A DNA stretch of 44,099 nt from Escherichia phage TR1: sequence record OP087522.1. One strand, given 5' to 3'. Within the stretch, counting starts at the first letter, position 1. Each line of letters opens with the position of its first letter. The notes beneath the pieces are model-generated. The model worked only from the letters and a program-made list of their open reading frames with translations, had not been told where the DNA came from and made no database searches. Below are positions 43,578-44,099 of the stretch, one piece after another. The position numbers were made by a program, and so were the translations under genes.

Positions 43578-44099
43578 CAGCTTACTAATCACAGACTCCA
43601 GCGCTTCCTTCATCGTGCCAACGTCGTTAGCTGAAGAGTTATTGCTTATAGTAATCTCCTGCGGCTTATCGATGCCAAGTTCTTTGGAAATCATGCCAGG
43701 GTTAACAATGCCAGACGCTGCCAGCTGATACTTCTGCTCGCGAATCACGGAATCAATGAATGCAATTACCTCGTCATAACCCGCCGACTTCCTCCATTTC
43801 TCTATTGCGCTATGGGTAACACCGCAGTAAAGGCAGAATCCTGTTAGTGTGAAGACTCGTGGCTTGTGCACCAGATTCTCGGTTACGACACCCTGGAAGC
43901 TGGCTGTCTCAATTGCCTTGATTGCCTGGCTCTCAGCCCATGAGAAGTATTTCACGGCCAGGTCGAATAGCTGCTCTGGGGTCATTATTCGGTTTTTGGA
44001 CAGAGTTGTAATGTCAGAATACTTTTTGTTGTACATGGCTTTGAAGTTGCCAGAGCGAATCTTTTCTTGCGCCTGGCTGGTGAAGTTTTCGTCTTTCAT
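43575..44099 (-). CDS. terminase small subunit (starts at window edge)
   Basis: 174 aa with HTH-like N-terminal region; position immediately upstream of TerL (separated by HNH insertion). Confidence 0.55.
   Translation of the reverse strand: MKDENFTSQAQEKIRSGNFKAMYNKKYSDITTLSKNRIMTPEQLFDLAVKYFSWAESQAIKAIETASFQGVVTENLVHKPRVFTLTGFCLYCGVTHSAIEKWRKSAGYDEVIAFIDSVIREQKYQLAASGIVNPGMISKELGIDKPQEITISNNSSANDVGTMKEALESVISKL

Noticed and set aside
1-44099. CRISPR array, integrase/attP, IS elements or transposases
   Set aside because: The repeats present are promoter palindromes, iterons and microsatellites with gene-sized, irregular spacing, not regularly spaced repeat-spacer units. No tyrosine/serine recombinase or transposase-like ORF was recognised.

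Overview
The window reads as most of the genome of a tailed, lambda-tailed siphovirus of an enterobacterial host, most likely a T1-like (Drexlerviridae-type) phage. No integrase, repressor/lysogeny module, CRISPR array or IS element was seen. All calls come from reading the sequence and the ORF track; no database search was run, so family names are motif-based and provisional.

Layout:
- 1-3124, minus strand: a tRNA-Arg(CCU) and a run of small, translationally coupled early genes.
- 3125-3827: a roughly 700-bp non-coding control region.
- 3828-7155, plus strand: small genes and a 527-aa protein with a P-loop-like motif.
- 7167-8552, minus: lysis cassette (small ORF, holin, SAR-type endolysin, unimolecular spanin).
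- 8611-14584, minus: dNMP kinase, HAD phosphatase, HTH-metallophosphoesterase, VRR-NUC nuclease, SF2 helicase.
- 14681-19171, plus: HTH regulator, HNH endonuclease, primase, beta-helix tail fibre.
- 19208-22694, minus: SSB, Erf, exonuclease, plus two HNH genes.
- 22695-23086: a second divergent control region that shares a repeat element with the first.
- 23087-24279, plus: lipoprotein and a partner protein.
- 24306-44099, minus: lambda-like tail (J, I, K, L, M, tape measure, G/G-T chaperones, major tail), head genes, portal, TerL and TerS, interrupted by HNH genes and a second lipoprotein gene.

Most notable observations:
1. A promoter cassette repeated at least 13 times: palindrome TAGCA-N5-TGCTA, then 21-23 bp, then a -10 hexamer, then a conserved leader, with no canonical -35.
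2. A 176-aa protein that is an internally deleted paralog of the 527-aa protein.
3. Two control regions sharing an element with a variable (AAT)n tract, plus tandem 18-bp palindromes and TGCAAT iterons.
4. A family of five HNH-AP2 homing endonuclease genes.
5. Two lipoprotein genes with their own promoters beside tail genes, candidate superinfection-exclusion factors.
6. A -1 frameshift site (AAAAAAC) joining the two tail chaperone ORFs.
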